From a virus: DNA of 64,000 nucleotides. Position 1 is the stretch's first letter. Each line of letters opens with the position of its first letter. Positions 17,669 to 28,665 of this stretch are shown one piece after another. Under the pieces are notes generated by a model. It saw only the letters and a program-made list of their open reading frames with translations, ran no database searches and was not told the DNA's origin. The position numbers and the translations under genes were made by a program. The stretch covers positions 28,981-92,980 of the IMG/VR virus record IMGVR_UViG_3300008113_000144; one strand, given 5' to 3'.

Positions 17669-19401
17669 AGGTGAGGTGCCGAATCGAACGCTGCTCGTGG
17701 TACACCTTTTACTTCTGCTGTGATGGCACTCTTAATTGTAGTTAAATTATTGTCATAATCAAAAATCTTATATCCTTTCTTACTAATTACTCCGTAAATA
17801 GTCAAGAACATTCTTTGTTTTAAGTAGGTTTGGAAACTCTTACCACCAATGAAAGCAAACCATGCTAACTGAGCATGAACATAGTGTGCCTCAATTCTAG
17901 CATCAGTTTCTTGTGAAGTTGCTGGTCTTGTAATTTGTATCTTATCTTTATCTTTCGCTGTTTTCTTATTTGGATTTGGTATCATGTCTTTCATAGTAAA
18001 ACTAGCATACCTATCCGAAATCTTAATAGATGGGCTTACTTGTTTTCTCACTAGATTAATAAGAGCAACTTGATATGCCGTAGCAGTATTAACTCTGCCA
18101 GTTTCTTCATCAAATGCTTTGAAGAAATCCATTAAGTTTTTGGATTGTTTAACTGTGGATAGAATCTTCTTAGTTAAAAGATCTTGTGTTGCTTTCCTAT
18201 GTAGATTCTTCAATTTTGTTGAAAAACTACGTGTATCAATTGAACCAGAGGTCTCCTTACCAGTTAAAACATAATTAAATGCTTTTGCCCTCATGTGTAC
18301 TAATTTTTGTATCACAGTTGAGTATTCTCTATACTGCTCGTAGAAATGTTCAAATGTAGACACACCACCGCCACCAGTCCAAGGTGGTCCTTGATGACCC
18401 TCAGCAACAAATCCATTCCATCCAGCACCATAACCTTGAGCAAGGAATATGATTTTATAATTCATATCGCTGAGTGGTTCTATATCTCTACCAAATACTT
18501 TTTGTGCTGCTACTCTATATCTAAATGTAACTGGCAGTTCCCATGTTAATACAGATGGCGATACTTTAAATTGACCATATTCAATCTTAATCAAATTTTC
18601 AATTAATGATTTTAATTGTCCTGGGTTAGCAGTATATGCTAAAGTCATGAACTTAGTATATGGGTCAATATAATCAGAAACTTCTTTTCTTACATTTTGT
18701 GTACCAATGATGTTAATATATTTCTTCTGTTCTACTGTTCCTGGTAATTTTAATGATACGGCAACCAATGATCTAGTATTTGACTTGGAAGCAAAATGAC
18801 GATTTAAAATAGTTCTATATGTGTGGCGATTCAAACAATAATTTGAAAGTATTGTAGCATCATCAGCATTAACAATATGTTGATTAATTTCAGATAATAT
18901 CTGCTGTTTTTTCTGTTTGTGTACAATGAATACATCAAAACTTGCTAACATATCAAGTCTAAATGTTAGCCCAAACACTTGTTTAATTTTATTCAATGCT
19001 TCATCTTTTACCGTGGTGGTAAATTTATCTGTTTGATCTAAAAACTCATATACTTCCCAATTTTGACCAACCACTTTTGAATTATACAGACTCAATGCCA
19101 CATCATATACTTTTTGTATTGTTGTGTGAGCAGTGATAGTATCTTTCTTTGGATTGTATTTTGATTTGAAATCATTTATTGTTCTTCTAAAAGGAAATCC
19201 ATTACCTAAATGATTTCTATATTTAATTAATCGTGGTCTTTCTACGCCAGACTCTTGTTGATCTTTTGCCGAAAGAAAGATGTCATAAAATGCTTGTTTA
19301 TGTTGTTCTGCTTCATTAGTATTATAAGGAATCACAGCAAAATGAGCAAATGCTAAACACTGAGCGAACTCTTTAGTATTTCCCGTGTTTCCTTTTGCCA
19401 T
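17656..19401 (-). CDS. 581-aa protein, possible PD-(D/E)xK-like nuclease
   Basis: N-terminal KEFAQC, SFDVFIV and LVAVSLK spacing resembles E...D...SxK nuclease variants; CTAAATA late motif at 19419-19425. Confidence 0.45.
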   Translation of the reverse strand: MAKGNTGNTKEFAQCLAFAHFAVIPYNTNEAEQHKQAFYDIFLSAKDQQESGVERPRLIKYRNHLGNGFPFRRTINDFKSKYNPKKDTITAHTTIQKVYDVALSLYNSKVVGQNWEVYEFLDQTDKFTTTVKDEALNKIKQVFGLTFRLDMLASFDVFIVHKQKKQQILSEINQHIVNADDATILSNYCLNRHTYRTILNRHFASKSNTRSLVAVSLKLPGTVEQKKYINIIGTQNVRKEVSDYIDPYTKFMTLAYTANPGQLKSLIENLIKIEYGQFKVSPSVLTWELPVTFRYRVAAQKVFGRDIEPLSDMNYKIIFLAQGYGAGWNGFVAEGHQGPPWTGGGGVSTFEHFYEQYREYSTVIQKLVHMRAKAFNYVLTGKETSGSIDTRSFSTKLKNLHRKATQDLLTKKILSTVKQSKNLMDFFKAFDEETGRVNTATAYQVALINLVRKQVSPSIKISDRYASFTMKDMIPNPNKKTAKDKDKIQITRPATSQETDARIEAHYVHAQLAWFAFIGGKSFQTYLKQRMFLTIYGVISKKGYKIFDYDNNLTTIKSAITAEVKGVPRAAFDSAPHLLLS

Positions 19402-19736
19402 GAGAATAGTTTTTTAACTATTTAGATTTACGTTTTGGTTTCTTCTGTTTTTCTCTATGTTTCTTCAACGCTTCGATGGCTTCCTCATCAGTCTTGTGAT
19501 CACTGAGTTGAAAGCCATTATATATCAAAACAAAACGGTCCCCCCAGGGGACCGTAGCATATCCATCTTTGGTTATCATTTTAGATGTTCTCTACAATAT
19601 ACAAATCTATTCCATTCTTCATCACTGAAATTATCACTGGCATAAGGAATGCCAACCACATAAGCACAAAACCGATTAATTTGTTCTGATTTATCCATGG
19701 GGGTAGCAGCAATCACAGATGCCATTAGAATTTCAA

Positions 19737-20144
19737 TCATTTGTTCATTTGGAGAGTAGGGACGGGCATTCCACCTTCGGTGGGCACATAGATGGTCACA
19801 TTACCATTCTTGCTACCATCTTCAAGACCAGTAATGTACAGGTATTGGAGATACTCACGGTTGTCCTTCAGGCTATCACCGATGATTTGGTTTGCCTTGG
19901 CAACACCAGTAGCACGGATGATCTCAGCATCAGCAAGTTGTTGTGCCGAATCTTTTTTTGCCTGTGCTTCCAGCACAGCCACCTGTCGGGTGTATTCTGC
20001 TTTCTGAAGCTCTGCTTTACCAGCAAGAGATTGCTGCCACACATTGTATTGTGGACCACCAATGAAGATGAGACCACCAAGCACAATCACACCACCAATA
20101 ACAAAAACAGCAACAGGGTCAATATATCCATTTTGTTGTTTCAT
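19737..20144 (-). CDS. Membrane-anchored stomatin/prohibitin-related protein
   Basis: TM segment then PQYNVWQQSLAGKAEL...AEIIRATGVAKANQIIGDSL...IYVPTE. Confidence 0.7.
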   Translation of the reverse strand: MKQQNGYIDPVAVFVIGGVIVLGGLIFIGGPQYNVWQQSLAGKAELQKAEYTRQVAVLEAQAKKDSAQQLADAEIIRATGVAKANQIIGDSLKDNREYLQYLYITGLEDGSKNGNVTIYVPTEGGMPVPTLQMNK

Positions 20145-20220
20145 TTTTTTACCTCTTTGTAAATTTTCATAGCAAGGTCCATTACACAATAGCCAAAGGC
20201 AAATCCTGCCATAATTTCAA

Positions 20221-20496
20221 TCATAGTGCTGCTACCTCTTCCATGATAATTTCTACATCCTGTTCATCACGATGACCAAGCACATCCTCAGTCACAGGAG
20301 TATCATAGCACAGCTCAAAGTCATCTTCATTACCTTTGATGACTGCTACTTCATACAGTCCCGAAGTATAACCATATGAACCAGGGAAGCGAACAACACT
20401 CACACCATAACCATTAGGAAAGAAGTGTTTTGCTTGTACCCCATCATCTTTGTAGTGAGGATGGGGTTGAAAGTCAAGATCAGTAAATTTCGTCAT
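20221..20496 (-). CDS. Conserved phage hypothetical protein
   Basis: FPNGYGVSVV...SYG...GLYEVAV...YDTPVT.DVLG. Confidence 0.75.
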   Translation of the reverse strand: MTKFTDLDFQPHPHYKDDGVQAKHFFPNGYGVSVVRFPGSYGYTSGLYEVAVIKGNEDDFELCYDTPVTEDVLGHRDEQDVEIIMEEVAAL

Positions 20497-20912
20497 CAGA
20501 AAGGAATTTCCTCCAGGGTGGGCACAGCAGACATTGTAGCACAGGCAGGATGCTCTTCAGTCACGGTGTCACCAGTGATAACATCAAGAATGTTCAGAAT
20601 CTCTTGACCGTTGGCACCCTTACGGAGCATGGAAATCAGAAGTTGCTTGCTCATGGTAATAAAATGATAAGGTTTACAGAATCACTCTTCAGGGAAGAGT
20701 TTCCAGATGTCAGGGCGAATGCCCAATTCCTCACAACGAACCTCATAGGCGATTCGCTGGAGGAGGCGAAGGTCCATGCCCTCGACCTCCTTGATTATAG
20801 CACGACGGATCTGGGCGTCTTGGGCAGTGTCAGTAACCATTGTGGTTCCGTTGTTGACTCACTCATTATAGGGGTGGAACCACCCCGTTGTGGGGTGGTC
20901 TTGTGTCAGTTG

Positions 20913-21377
20913 TCAGGCTGTCACAACCTCGGGCATCGGCAGCTCGTGGGTGTTGCCACTACCCCAGCCGATCCTGTAGGCTCGCCACTTGCCTTCGGTG
21001 GTGTACAGGTAAGCAAACTCCTCGCCAGTGTTGCCACTGGTGAACTCTTCAAAGTCACCGTGAGTGATCTCCAGTTCTTCGCCACGCTCAGTGTGGTAGA
21101 GGGGCTGGGGAGCACGAGTGGGAGAATACACCCAGTTGCCGTCCATGTCACGAGCGATGTCTCCATCCTCAGTACGAACCACAGACGTGATCCACAGATG
21201 GGTGGTCCGAAGCGAAGACATGCTACCGCCGTCGATCAGCTGACGGACAGCTTCACGATCTTGGTAGTGCTCAGCAAGAATACGACCGTTGTGCTCCAGG
21301 TAGCCATCATAGTGGCAGTAAACACTGATAATGCTGTTGTCAGGCAGTTGGTAGCCGATCCGAGAGCGAGTGCCCAT
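20913..21377 (-). CDS. Conserved phage hypothetical protein
   Basis: MGTRSRIG...SVYCHYDGY..HNG..L...EEFAYLY; start 21377 follows promoter. Confidence 0.8.
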   Translation of the reverse strand: MGTRSRIGYQLPDNSIISVYCHYDGYLEHNGRILAEHYQDREAVRQLIDGGSMSSLRTTHLWITSVVRTEDGDIARDMDGNWVYSPTRAPQPLYHTERGEELEITHGDFEEFTSGNTGEEFAYLYTTEGKWRAYRIGWGSGNTHELPMPEVVTA

Positions 21378-21402
21378 GTGGTCCTCCGTTGTTGACCCTC
21401 TT

Positions 21403-21460
21403 AATATAGGGCAAAAGAAAGGGGGCGTCAAGCCCCCTGTGCCACTCTGTCAGCTGTCAC
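21403..21460 (-). promoter_or_regulatory. Box + terminator hairpin with -35 in loop + -10
   Basis: Box 21439-21460; GGGGGC-TTGAC-GCCCCC-TTTCTTTT; TTGACG-17-TATATT. Confidence 0.85.
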
Positions 21461-21618
21461 ACACCATGTTCTCTCATGCTTCTCACAAGATATGCTGTAA
21501 ATTGTTCCATTTTTTCTGGCGATACTGATTGTGGACAATAATGAATAGCATTCCTTAGAGCAATCATTTCATTGTATTCTTCCTGGTTAAGCTCTTCTTT
21601 TTTGTTGGAATAGGTCAT
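21457..21618 (-). CDS. Small hypothetical protein (53 aa)
   Basis: MTYSNKKEELNQEEYNEMIALRNAI...; stop inside box. Confidence 0.6.
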   Translation of the reverse strand: MTYSNKKEELNQEEYNEMIALRNAIHYCPQSVSPEKMEQFTAYLVRSMREHGV

Positions 21619-21706
21619 GGTGTGTCAGCATTTCAACACATTATACTGGTATTTAACCATGAAACACCAGTTCTTAATGTTATGTTTATATTTGTGTGTA
21701 GTAATG

Positions 21707-21928
21707 TTACTGAGAGAATGGTCCCCAACTACCTTTATCACCACTCATACGTTGCTCAAGCTTATCAATCAACTCATCAATTTTCATGAGCTGATCAATA
21801 TCACCAATCATTGCTGAGATAGTTTTACACACAAGTGGGCGCTCTTGGCGAGCAGCATATGCTAAAGCATTACGAAGCGATGCTTCTGCTTCTTTCAGAC
21901 TAGATTCAACGGATTCGGACAGTGCCAT
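21707..21928 (-). CDS. Hypothetical protein
   Basis: MALSESVESSLKEAEASLRNALAYAARQERP. Confidence 0.75.
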   Translation of the reverse strand: MALSESVESSLKEAEASLRNALAYAARQERPLVCKTISAMIGDIDQLMKIDELIDKLEQRMSGDKGSWGPFSQ

Positions 21929-21929
21929 A

Positions 21930-22184
21930 TTAAAAAAACCAAATTTGAATAAGTTTAATAGCTTCCACAATAGCAAAGAATGCTCGGATTGTCAATATAT
22001 CCCACATCCTCATCTTTTGGAAATGAGGCCATGATAATACATTGCCAACCATACGACAATAGATACCAACTTCAACACTGGTAAAAAGAATGACAATGTA
22101 GCCAACAACAAACATCATGTTGCCAACTACTCTCATCCAACTGAGAATTGGATACTTGGGATCTATGAATTTATATTCTGTCAT
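21930..22184 (-). CDS. Membrane protein
   Basis: Multiple hydrophobic segments. Confidence 0.65.
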   Translation of the reverse strand: MTEYKFIDPKYPILSWMRVVGNMMFVVGYIVILFTSVEVGIYCRMVGNVLSWPHFQKMRMWDILTIRAFFAIVEAIKLIQIWFF

Positions 22185-22456
22185 GCCATAGTATCATAAT
22201 GTTTGATGAGAACATCAATTAATTCTTTAGTTTTTGATTTATCAAAAAGAACTTCAGCAAATGCTCCACAACCATACTTGGATCGTTTACCAAGAATATA
22301 CATGAAGGCATATTTGATTCTATTCAACAACCCAGTGTCTGAAAGGTGAATTTGAAACCAAATGCTATCATTCAACAAAGGATCTGAGTCATAAGAAATG
22401 ATCATTTGATGACTTACATCACCACACTGACAAACAAAAAGATCGTTACTTTCCAT
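22181..22456 (-). CDS. Hypothetical protein
   Basis: CQC...H motif; overlaps neighbours. Confidence 0.7.
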   Translation of the reverse strand: MESNDLFVCQCGDVSHQMIISYDSDPLLNDSIWFQIHLSDTGLLNRIKYAFMYILGKRSKYGCGAFAEVLFDKSKTKELIDVLIKHYDTMA

Positions 22457-22718
22457 GATTGTTGATAGTAGTTTGCCAGAATGTACTGGTCATTTGGGTA
22501 GATCCTGCCATACGAGCAACAACTTGACCATTAATCAATGCTACCAGGGTAGGAGTCGCTTCAACGCCACAATCTTTAGCAAATTGAGACCATTCGCCGT
22601 CAACTTTAGCAGGAGTAATGTTTACCACATTATCCCACCCGTCAACTTTCTTCAGTTGTGTTTCAGCATACAAACAAGGGCGGCATCCCTCTTGAACAAA
22701 TAAATGAATTTCTTTCAT
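22446..22718 (-). CDS. Thioredoxin/glutaredoxin-like protein
   Basis: GCRPC active site and ATPTLV cis-Pro motif. Confidence 0.85.
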   Translation of the reverse strand: MKEIHLFVQEGCRPCLYAETQLKKVDGWDNVVNITPAKVDGEWSQFAKDCGVEATPTLVALINGQVVARMAGSTQMTSTFWQTTINNHGK

Positions 22719-23053
22719 GATAGCATTTCTTTAATGGACATTGCTTGGAGTTCCTCATCAGTATATTGTGGATTCTCAGGATTTTCAAGACGAGAGAGTT
22801 TTGCTCTCACATCTTCAAGTTCTTTTCCCGCTTGAATAGAATACCCCCAAGCACGTTGAAATTTAATGTCGTGCTCATCAAGATAGCCCTTGACATAATC
22901 ACCAAGAACAAATAGCATAGATTCTGCTTTTTTGTACTCACGATTATCAAGTTCCTCTTGAACAAAACCAATCATTTCTTTGATATAACCCAGTTTTGAT
23001 GTGATCATATCAAGTTCATTCATTGAATTCCAGACATCATCGTAGCTGGTCAT
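22715..23053 (-). CDS. Hypothetical protein
   Basis: Follows TTGACA-17-TATAAT promoter (23080-23108). Confidence 0.7.
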   Translation of the reverse strand: MTSYDDVWNSMNELDMITSKLGYIKEMIGFVQEELDNREYKKAESMLFVLGDYVKGYLDEHDIKFQRAWGYSIQAGKELEDVRAKLSRLENPENPQYTDEELQAMSIKEMLS

Positions 23054-23231
23054 GGGGTCTCCGTTGGGACGATGGGTGTATTATAGGTCTGTTGCTCCAG
23101 CCTGTCAAGTCTGTTAAGGATCTCGTATATGGTATTATCAGTCTCAACCAGTTCGGTTTTGAGATAATTAACTTCATATTCAAGATCACGAATCTTATCA
23201 TTTAAAGACTCATATTCAAAACTATAATCAC

Positions 23232-23399
23232 TCATAAAATACCCACCTCTTTTAAATAACGACGATATGCTAAAAATCTACCCATTTTGGGTTGACCAGG
23301 GACATTCAGTTGATGACAAATTTCACAATAACACAACCAATCATACCATGGTGTGCTAGGATCTAATTCGTGATACTTTATTTCTGATTGCTTCGACAT
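23232..23399 (-). CDS. Small Cys-containing protein (55 aa)
   Basis: MSKQSEIKYHELDPSTPWYDWLCYCEICHQL...RYLKEVGIL*. Confidence 0.6.
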   Translation of the reverse strand: MSKQSEIKYHELDPSTPWYDWLCYCEICHQLNVPGQPKMGRFLAYRRYLKEVGIL

Positions 23400-24774
23400 A
23401 ATCTAAATGATGTATTGTGTCTGTTTTGTATTCTGGTTGTTTAAATGGCAGCACAGTTGATGAAGTATTCCAAGTGTGATCTTTGGCAGCTATTGTGTGC
23501 ATAAACATAATATAATCATCATGATCCATATAATAATCTCCAAGGAGATTTATAATATGTTCTTGGTAATCATATTTTATGTTTTTATGATCTATCCAAA
23601 AACGAGTATCATCTCGTTGACACGTTTTATATTGAGTTAAAATGAATGCTGCCCAAAATTTGTATCTACTTTCAATTCTATCATTAATAACTTGTCTCAA
23701 ACTATTTACAACATTTTTATCTGGAATATCTTTCCATTGTTGTAAAATAGGTTTTAAATGATTAATGACATCAATTGTTAATGTTAGACCAGGAGCATCT
23801 AGTGGTTCTAGAAATCCATTAGCCAAACCCAGAGTACAGTAATTTTCATGATATGTTTTTTTATTATATCGAGGATAAAAATTGACAAGCCTTGGTTCTA
23901 TATCTACACCAACGTCATTAATAAATTCTTGCCTAGCTCTATCTTCACTGATATAGTTGGAGCTGAATGTATATCCTGTACCAATTCTTGAATAAGTTGG
24001 CGTTATCCATCTCCATCCATACTTCATAGTTTTTGCTACTGTGTATGGATGAAATTGATTTCTTTTATCAGTATATTCTAGTGGATATACAAAAGCTTTA
24101 TTTGTTAACAATACATCAGACAAATCTACATATTCTTCATTCAGAATATCATTGTAACCAGTGGCAACAATATAGTAATCTGCTGTGATTACAGTACCTT
24201 TATCAGTAATAAGTCTTTCGATCTTATCATCTATTTTTTCTACTTTATCAATAGTTTCTGCTAGTGTAGAAACATGTTTATGTTTTTTACAGTGCTTAGA
24301 AATAAACTCAATATATTTGCCAGCATCAAAATGCCATGATTTTGGGTAAAAGAAATCTGATTTGAATACCTGATTATCTTTTATAGCATCGTTCAAGTTA
24401 CAAGCAATTAGATCATTTATAGAAACATCCTTTGGCTTGTTTGCCAAAAGCCTATAAAACATGGTCGTATGAATGCTCATAGCATTCGATGATCTATTAT
24501 TTTTAAAATTGTGAATAAAATTATTTTTAGACCAATTCTTATAATAGACACCATATTTTATAGCGGCATCTGATTCAGTGACAAAAATATCCTGATTTAT
24601 TCCAACTTCTTGGTGGAAATCATTTAACTTAATTGTATTAGATTCTCCAACACCAATACTAGGAATGTGTGGAGAACCTACAATTACAATTTCTTTAAAA
24701 AACTCTTTTTTCATCGCCATGGCAGCACAAGCCATCCAGCCTGCTGCCCCAGTTCCAACAATACAGAGTTTCAT
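23356..24774 (-). CDS. Flavin-dependent halogenase (tryptophan halogenase family)
   Basis: GTGAAG FAD motif, IGVGES, AIKYG lysine, WHFDA, GWRWITP, GFLEPL. Confidence 0.9.
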   Translation of the reverse strand: MKLCIVGTGAAGWMACAAMAMKKEFFKEIVIVGSPHIPSIGVGESNTIKLNDFHQEVGINQDIFVTESDAAIKYGVYYKNWSKNNFIHNFKNNRSSNAMSIHTTMFYRLLANKPKDVSINDLIACNLNDAIKDNQVFKSDFFYPKSWHFDAGKYIEFISKHCKKHKHVSTLAETIDKVEKIDDKIERLITDKGTVITADYYIVATGYNDILNEEYVDLSDVLLTNKAFVYPLEYTDKRNQFHPYTVAKTMKYGWRWITPTYSRIGTGYTFSSNYISEDRARQEFINDVGVDIEPRLVNFYPRYNKKTYHENYCTLGLANGFLEPLDAPGLTLTIDVINHLKPILQQWKDIPDKNVVNSLRQVINDRIESRYKFWAAFILTQYKTCQRDDTRFWIDHKNIKYDYQEHIINLLGDYYMDHDDYIMFMHTIAAKDHTWNTSSTVLPFKQPEYKTDTIHHLDYVEAIRNKVSRIRS

Positions 24775-26796
24775 AGTTTTCCACCAACAGTCCCTTCATG
24801 TGTTTTTGTTTCTGGAAATCCTTCTTGTAGACATTTAAGATACCAACGTGTAGCTGATACACATTGCTCTCTAGTCCCTGAAGTAATTACACATTTTCCA
24901 TCTTTTGTGTAAGAATCCCAAGTTCCGTACTTTTTTTGTTCCACACGAAATGTGTCGTCAATCCAGTCAACTTCAGCGATTTCAGGATGCTCATTCATTC
25001 AAATTCTCCTGTGTAGTTTTTGATTTTTCCTGAGCGATATACGCCCTCAATTCGGGTGTCTCTGTCCACTCCCAGATTGTGCCATCCTTCTGGGTATAAG
25101 ATTTCGGAATTGTTTGGAGTTTCATAAATTTCTACCTCAACTTTAATTTCTTTATCATTCCAGTGTCTCACCACCCCCGCCACAATGAAGACGTTGGTGA
25201 TGAGATATGTAGCAAAGATAATCGTTCTAACGATTGCTACTCGGTCTGCCACGTCGTCTTTTTTGTGTGCCTTCTCGCCCAGTGCTAGTGCCCACAGATG
25301 CCACAGTTTTTTCATTTGGTTCAAAGAATTGTTCAAGAGAAGAGAATAGTTCCTGTTTGGGTTTCCTGCCACGCTTCTTAGGAGTTTCTACAGGATCCTC
25401 CTTGTCCACAACAGGAAGTGGCACAGCAAGTTCTGGATCTTGATAATGGATGGTAGCATCCTTTGCCTTGATTTTGTAGCGAGTCAGATGCTTGTCGAGA
25501 TGATTCTGGCATTGAAACCAGCAGATTTTATGCTCCTTCCCGTCCTGATACTCCAGACGAATCGGAAACCCAGTGTGAGGGAACAGGTCTTGGTCTTGTT
25601 TCATAATGTTGTAGTTTGCCGTTGAGGAACGTGAGAGCACACTCTGGCCAGTCTTCCCACCGACCATCGTATTTCTGTGGATATACTACCACAGTTTTGG
25701 ACAACTGGCAAGCTTTGACCCTGCCGTGGTTGCCGTTGAGAATGTATTCTAATCCCAATAGGTTTTCATCAGAATCTACAATGTCAAAGATGTCTTCATC
25801 TTCAATGACCCACAACCTACCAGATGGATCTAGCCAATAAAAATCCAAAAATCCTCTGTATTTGTCATTAAATGTCTTGGATTGACATACAGCTTCAGTA
25901 AACTGTTCTCCTAGATCATAAGATGATCTAAACCAATCAAACATGCCCATGACATTAAGTTGTAGTAATGTTAAAGTTAAAACTATCTATGAATGTTTCC
26001 CATCCTTGATCAGTTGCTTTTTCATGCTCATAGACAAATTTATATCCACTTTCATTCATCAGTCCTACTTCAATCTCAGCTTTAATAAGTGTCCGAAGAA
26101 TTTCTATTTGTTCTTTAGTCATCCCAGTTTCCTCCTAATTTTATCAAGACAATCATTCCATCCTTCTACCAGTTCTTCAACACCAACAGATTGAGAACCT
26201 TCGGCAGATTGATAACTGGGCATCCATTTCCAAATCCTTTCAACAAGATCTTTAATACATGTGTCAGAATCTCCATCAACTCCAGTTGTGAAGATGTCAC
26301 TCCACCAATCTTCAATCACATCATATAGAGTAGGACCAAAGGTAAACTTGAGTGATCCTTGTGGATTGGCAGAGATGTCAGCAGCAAACATCTTCTCAAG
26401 CAATCGGAATGTTTCTGGATCATCTATACGAGTGAGTTGATCACCTTTATCATTTTCACGCCACCACTTCACCCAATCATCACTATGTCTATACTTCATA
26501 CGATAGTATTTGACGGTATTATAATCAACACAATACACGCTACCATCTTTGAGGAGATCCATTTTACGAATAGGTGTTTTCTCAATCTCTTCAAGTAGTG
26601 CTACTTTCTTTTCAAGAATTTTAAGTTGTGCTTTCAGGTCTTCAAGTTCAGTCATAGGAGTTTCGTATTGTACTGGTTCAGATAGAGGAGACATAGGACA
26701 CTTATTTGGATCAATACATGTACTGTTAATTGAGTTTGTTTTCAGATAGTTTGGAGCATAACACCATCCACAATCCCAGTATTTACAAACAGTCAT
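24771..26796 (-). other. Run of hypothetical ORFs
   Basis: 24771-24998, 24995-~25315, ~25227-25604, 25528-25950 (MGMFDW family), 26119-26796 (N-terminal CxxxxCxxC). Confidence 0.65.
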
Positions 26797-27866
26797 CGGT
26801 CTTTGTGCTTCAGAAGATACGAGTTAGCAATCGCCTTGAAAGTGAAATTACTCTCCCACGACTTGAATACTAGACCCTCACGCTTAGTTTGAGGATTCAG
26901 CGATGGACCTTCAGCATATTCTAGCAGATCATCAATGGTATCGTATGCTTGAGCAACACGAAGGTCTCCATCAATGATAGGCACATGCTCAATGTCAGCA
27001 CCCATTTCATCTAGCATTTCAAGAACAGTGTATCGTTCATCTGGTTTCAGATAGTATCCATGAGTGATACTATAGATGTCAAACAAATAGAAGCGTTGAC
27101 CTTTGAGTTTCTCAGGATTACCCTGAATACCTTCACCAATCAGTTCACCCTGAATAGCATACTCTTCACCATGTTTGATGCTAAGTTGAAGCAAAGCATC
27201 AACAATACCTTGCTCCCGTGCTGCTTTCCAGAAACTATTGCCCTCAGTTTCAATCAGATCAATATTACGAGAGCACACACCAATTTCACCATTCTTGACA
27301 TACACAGTCATACTGCTACCATCAAGTTTGGTAGTTACTTCATAGATCTCATCTTTGTGGGTCTCAAAGATTTCTTTACGAAGGTTCTGACAACGTTCTT
27401 GGTCAGTTTTAGGAATGAAGTGAGGAAAGTTACCCTTCATCGTACCTTGAAGTTGAGCAGGAATAGGTGGTTCCCACTTCTGAATACCAAGATATTCAGT
27501 AATATCTGTGCCGATAGTAAATCCTTCTTCACCAACAGTCCAGGGGCGATTTTCTGGACCCCAAGTGCTAAGAGGAAGCAGAAGTCCCTGTGAGATTTGC
27601 CCACGAAGTTTCACAGTTTTCAGACGTTCACCCTTCACACCATTATATTCACGGGGTTCTTGACCTTTACTCAGAAAGGGAGCAAGTTCGTGAGGCACCC
27701 AACTATCAATCTCAAGATAGATGGCAACATCACCAACTTGATATTCACCTTTCTTGACCACTACAGGCCAACCACCATTCACGATGGCACATTCAATAGC
27801 ATCAGCACCTTCAATCGGTTTGATGTAAGTGATTTCAGCGATACTAGCGAGTTTACGAATAGTCAT
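26793..27866 (-). CDS. RNA ligase, DRB0094 family
   Basis: RKLASI...ADAIE..., LRGQISQGL, PKTDQER, KLDGSS, QGELIG.GIQ.N, REGLV.K, FKAI.N.YL. Confidence 0.9.
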   Translation of the reverse strand: MTIRKLASIAEITYIKPIEGADAIECAIVNGGWPVVVKKGEYQVGDVAIYLEIDSWVPHELAPFLSKGQEPREYNGVKGERLKTVKLRGQISQGLLLPLSTWGPENRPWTVGEEGFTIGTDITEYLGIQKWEPPIPAQLQGTMKGNFPHFIPKTDQERCQNLRKEIFETHKDEIYEVTTKLDGSSMTVYVKNGEIGVCSRNIDLIETEGNSFWKAAREQGIVDALLQLSIKHGEEYAIQGELIGEGIQGNPEKLKGQRFYLFDIYSITHGYYLKPDERYTVLEMLDEMGADIEHVPIIDGDLRVAQAYDTIDDLLEYAEGPSLNPQTKREGLVFKSWESNFTFKAIANSYLLKHKDR

Positions 27867-28216
27867 TACAGGTCTTCTCCAGCAAGTTGTTCCCAAGCGT
27901 ATTGTTCACGCTCCCTCAATGATTCAATAGAACCTTTAGCAACCTCAGGCCATTCTTCTTTAGAGTTCTGCCACCAATCTTTGTAATCTTCTGGCATTAC
28001 AGAAGATAGTTCGTCATCATAACGTTGAAGACGATCAAGTTCTGATTTGATAATCAGCAAGTTGTCGTAGTTTTCTTTATTAATATCATATTCTTCTTCC
28101 ATCCAAGAAGGGTCACTATCTTCCTGATTCAATTCTTCACGAATCTCCCACGAAAGAGATTCCATGTCACCTGCTGTTTGTTGAAGGAAGTAATCAATCG
28201 TGTCAAATAAAGTCAT
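27866..28216 (-). CDS. Acidic hypothetical protein
   Basis: VMPEDYKDWWQNSKEEWPEVA motif. Confidence 0.65.
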   Translation of the reverse strand: MTLFDTIDYFLQQTAGDMESLSWEIREELNQEDSDPSWMEEEYDINKENYDNLLIIKSELDRLQRYDDELSSVMPEDYKDWWQNSKEEWPEVAKGSIESLREREQYAWEQLAGEDL

Positions 28217-28385
28217 GATCGTCAAAAGTAAAGTAATCAGTAATGGCAGACATTACAGCGTCATTGATTCGATCAATGATCACATGCTCTTCTGGATTCT
28301 CTACATGTTTGTGGGCAAGACGCCAACCACGTTGAACACCTTGCTCAATTGCCATTTCAAGAATAACATGGAACTTAGGTTTCAT
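28203..28385 (-). CDS. Hypothetical protein
   Basis: AIEQGVQRGWRLAHKHVENP. Confidence 0.7.
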   Translation of the reverse strand: MKPKFHVILEMAIEQGVQRGWRLAHKHVENPEEHVIIDRINDAVMSAITDYFTFDDHDFI

Positions 28386-28585
28386 TTAAAAGCACCACCA
28401 ATGATAGCAAAAATCAGAATAACAGCAACAATAGCAAGAAAAATTAGAGCACTAATCCACAAAGGAGACAGCACCCACACCCAAGGCCAAGTGATGTTAC
28501 CAGTGAGTTTCAGACCAATAAACAAAATGGTAAGCAAACCAGTGAAACCAATGCCACTGGAAGAGGAAGAAGAGTTGCTAGACAT
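28382..28585 (-). CDS. Small membrane protein
   Basis: SSSSGIGFTGLLTILFIGLKLTG.ITWPWVWVLSPLWI; start 28585 after promoter. Confidence 0.8.
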   Translation of the reverse strand: MSSNSSSSSSGIGFTGLLTILFIGLKLTGNITWPWVWVLSPLWISALIFLAIVAVILIFAIIGGAFK

Positions 28586-28607
28586 GTGTTTTATTTGAAC
28601 TGAAGTC

Positions 28608-28665
28608 AGTATAGACCATAAAAAAGGGGGCGTCAACCCCCCTGTGTCGGTTTCAGAACTGTCCT
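28608..28665 (-). promoter_or_regulatory. Box + terminator hairpin with -35 + -10
   Basis: Box 28644-28665; GGGGGG-TTGACG-CCCCC-T6; TTGACG-17-TATACT. Confidence 0.85.
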
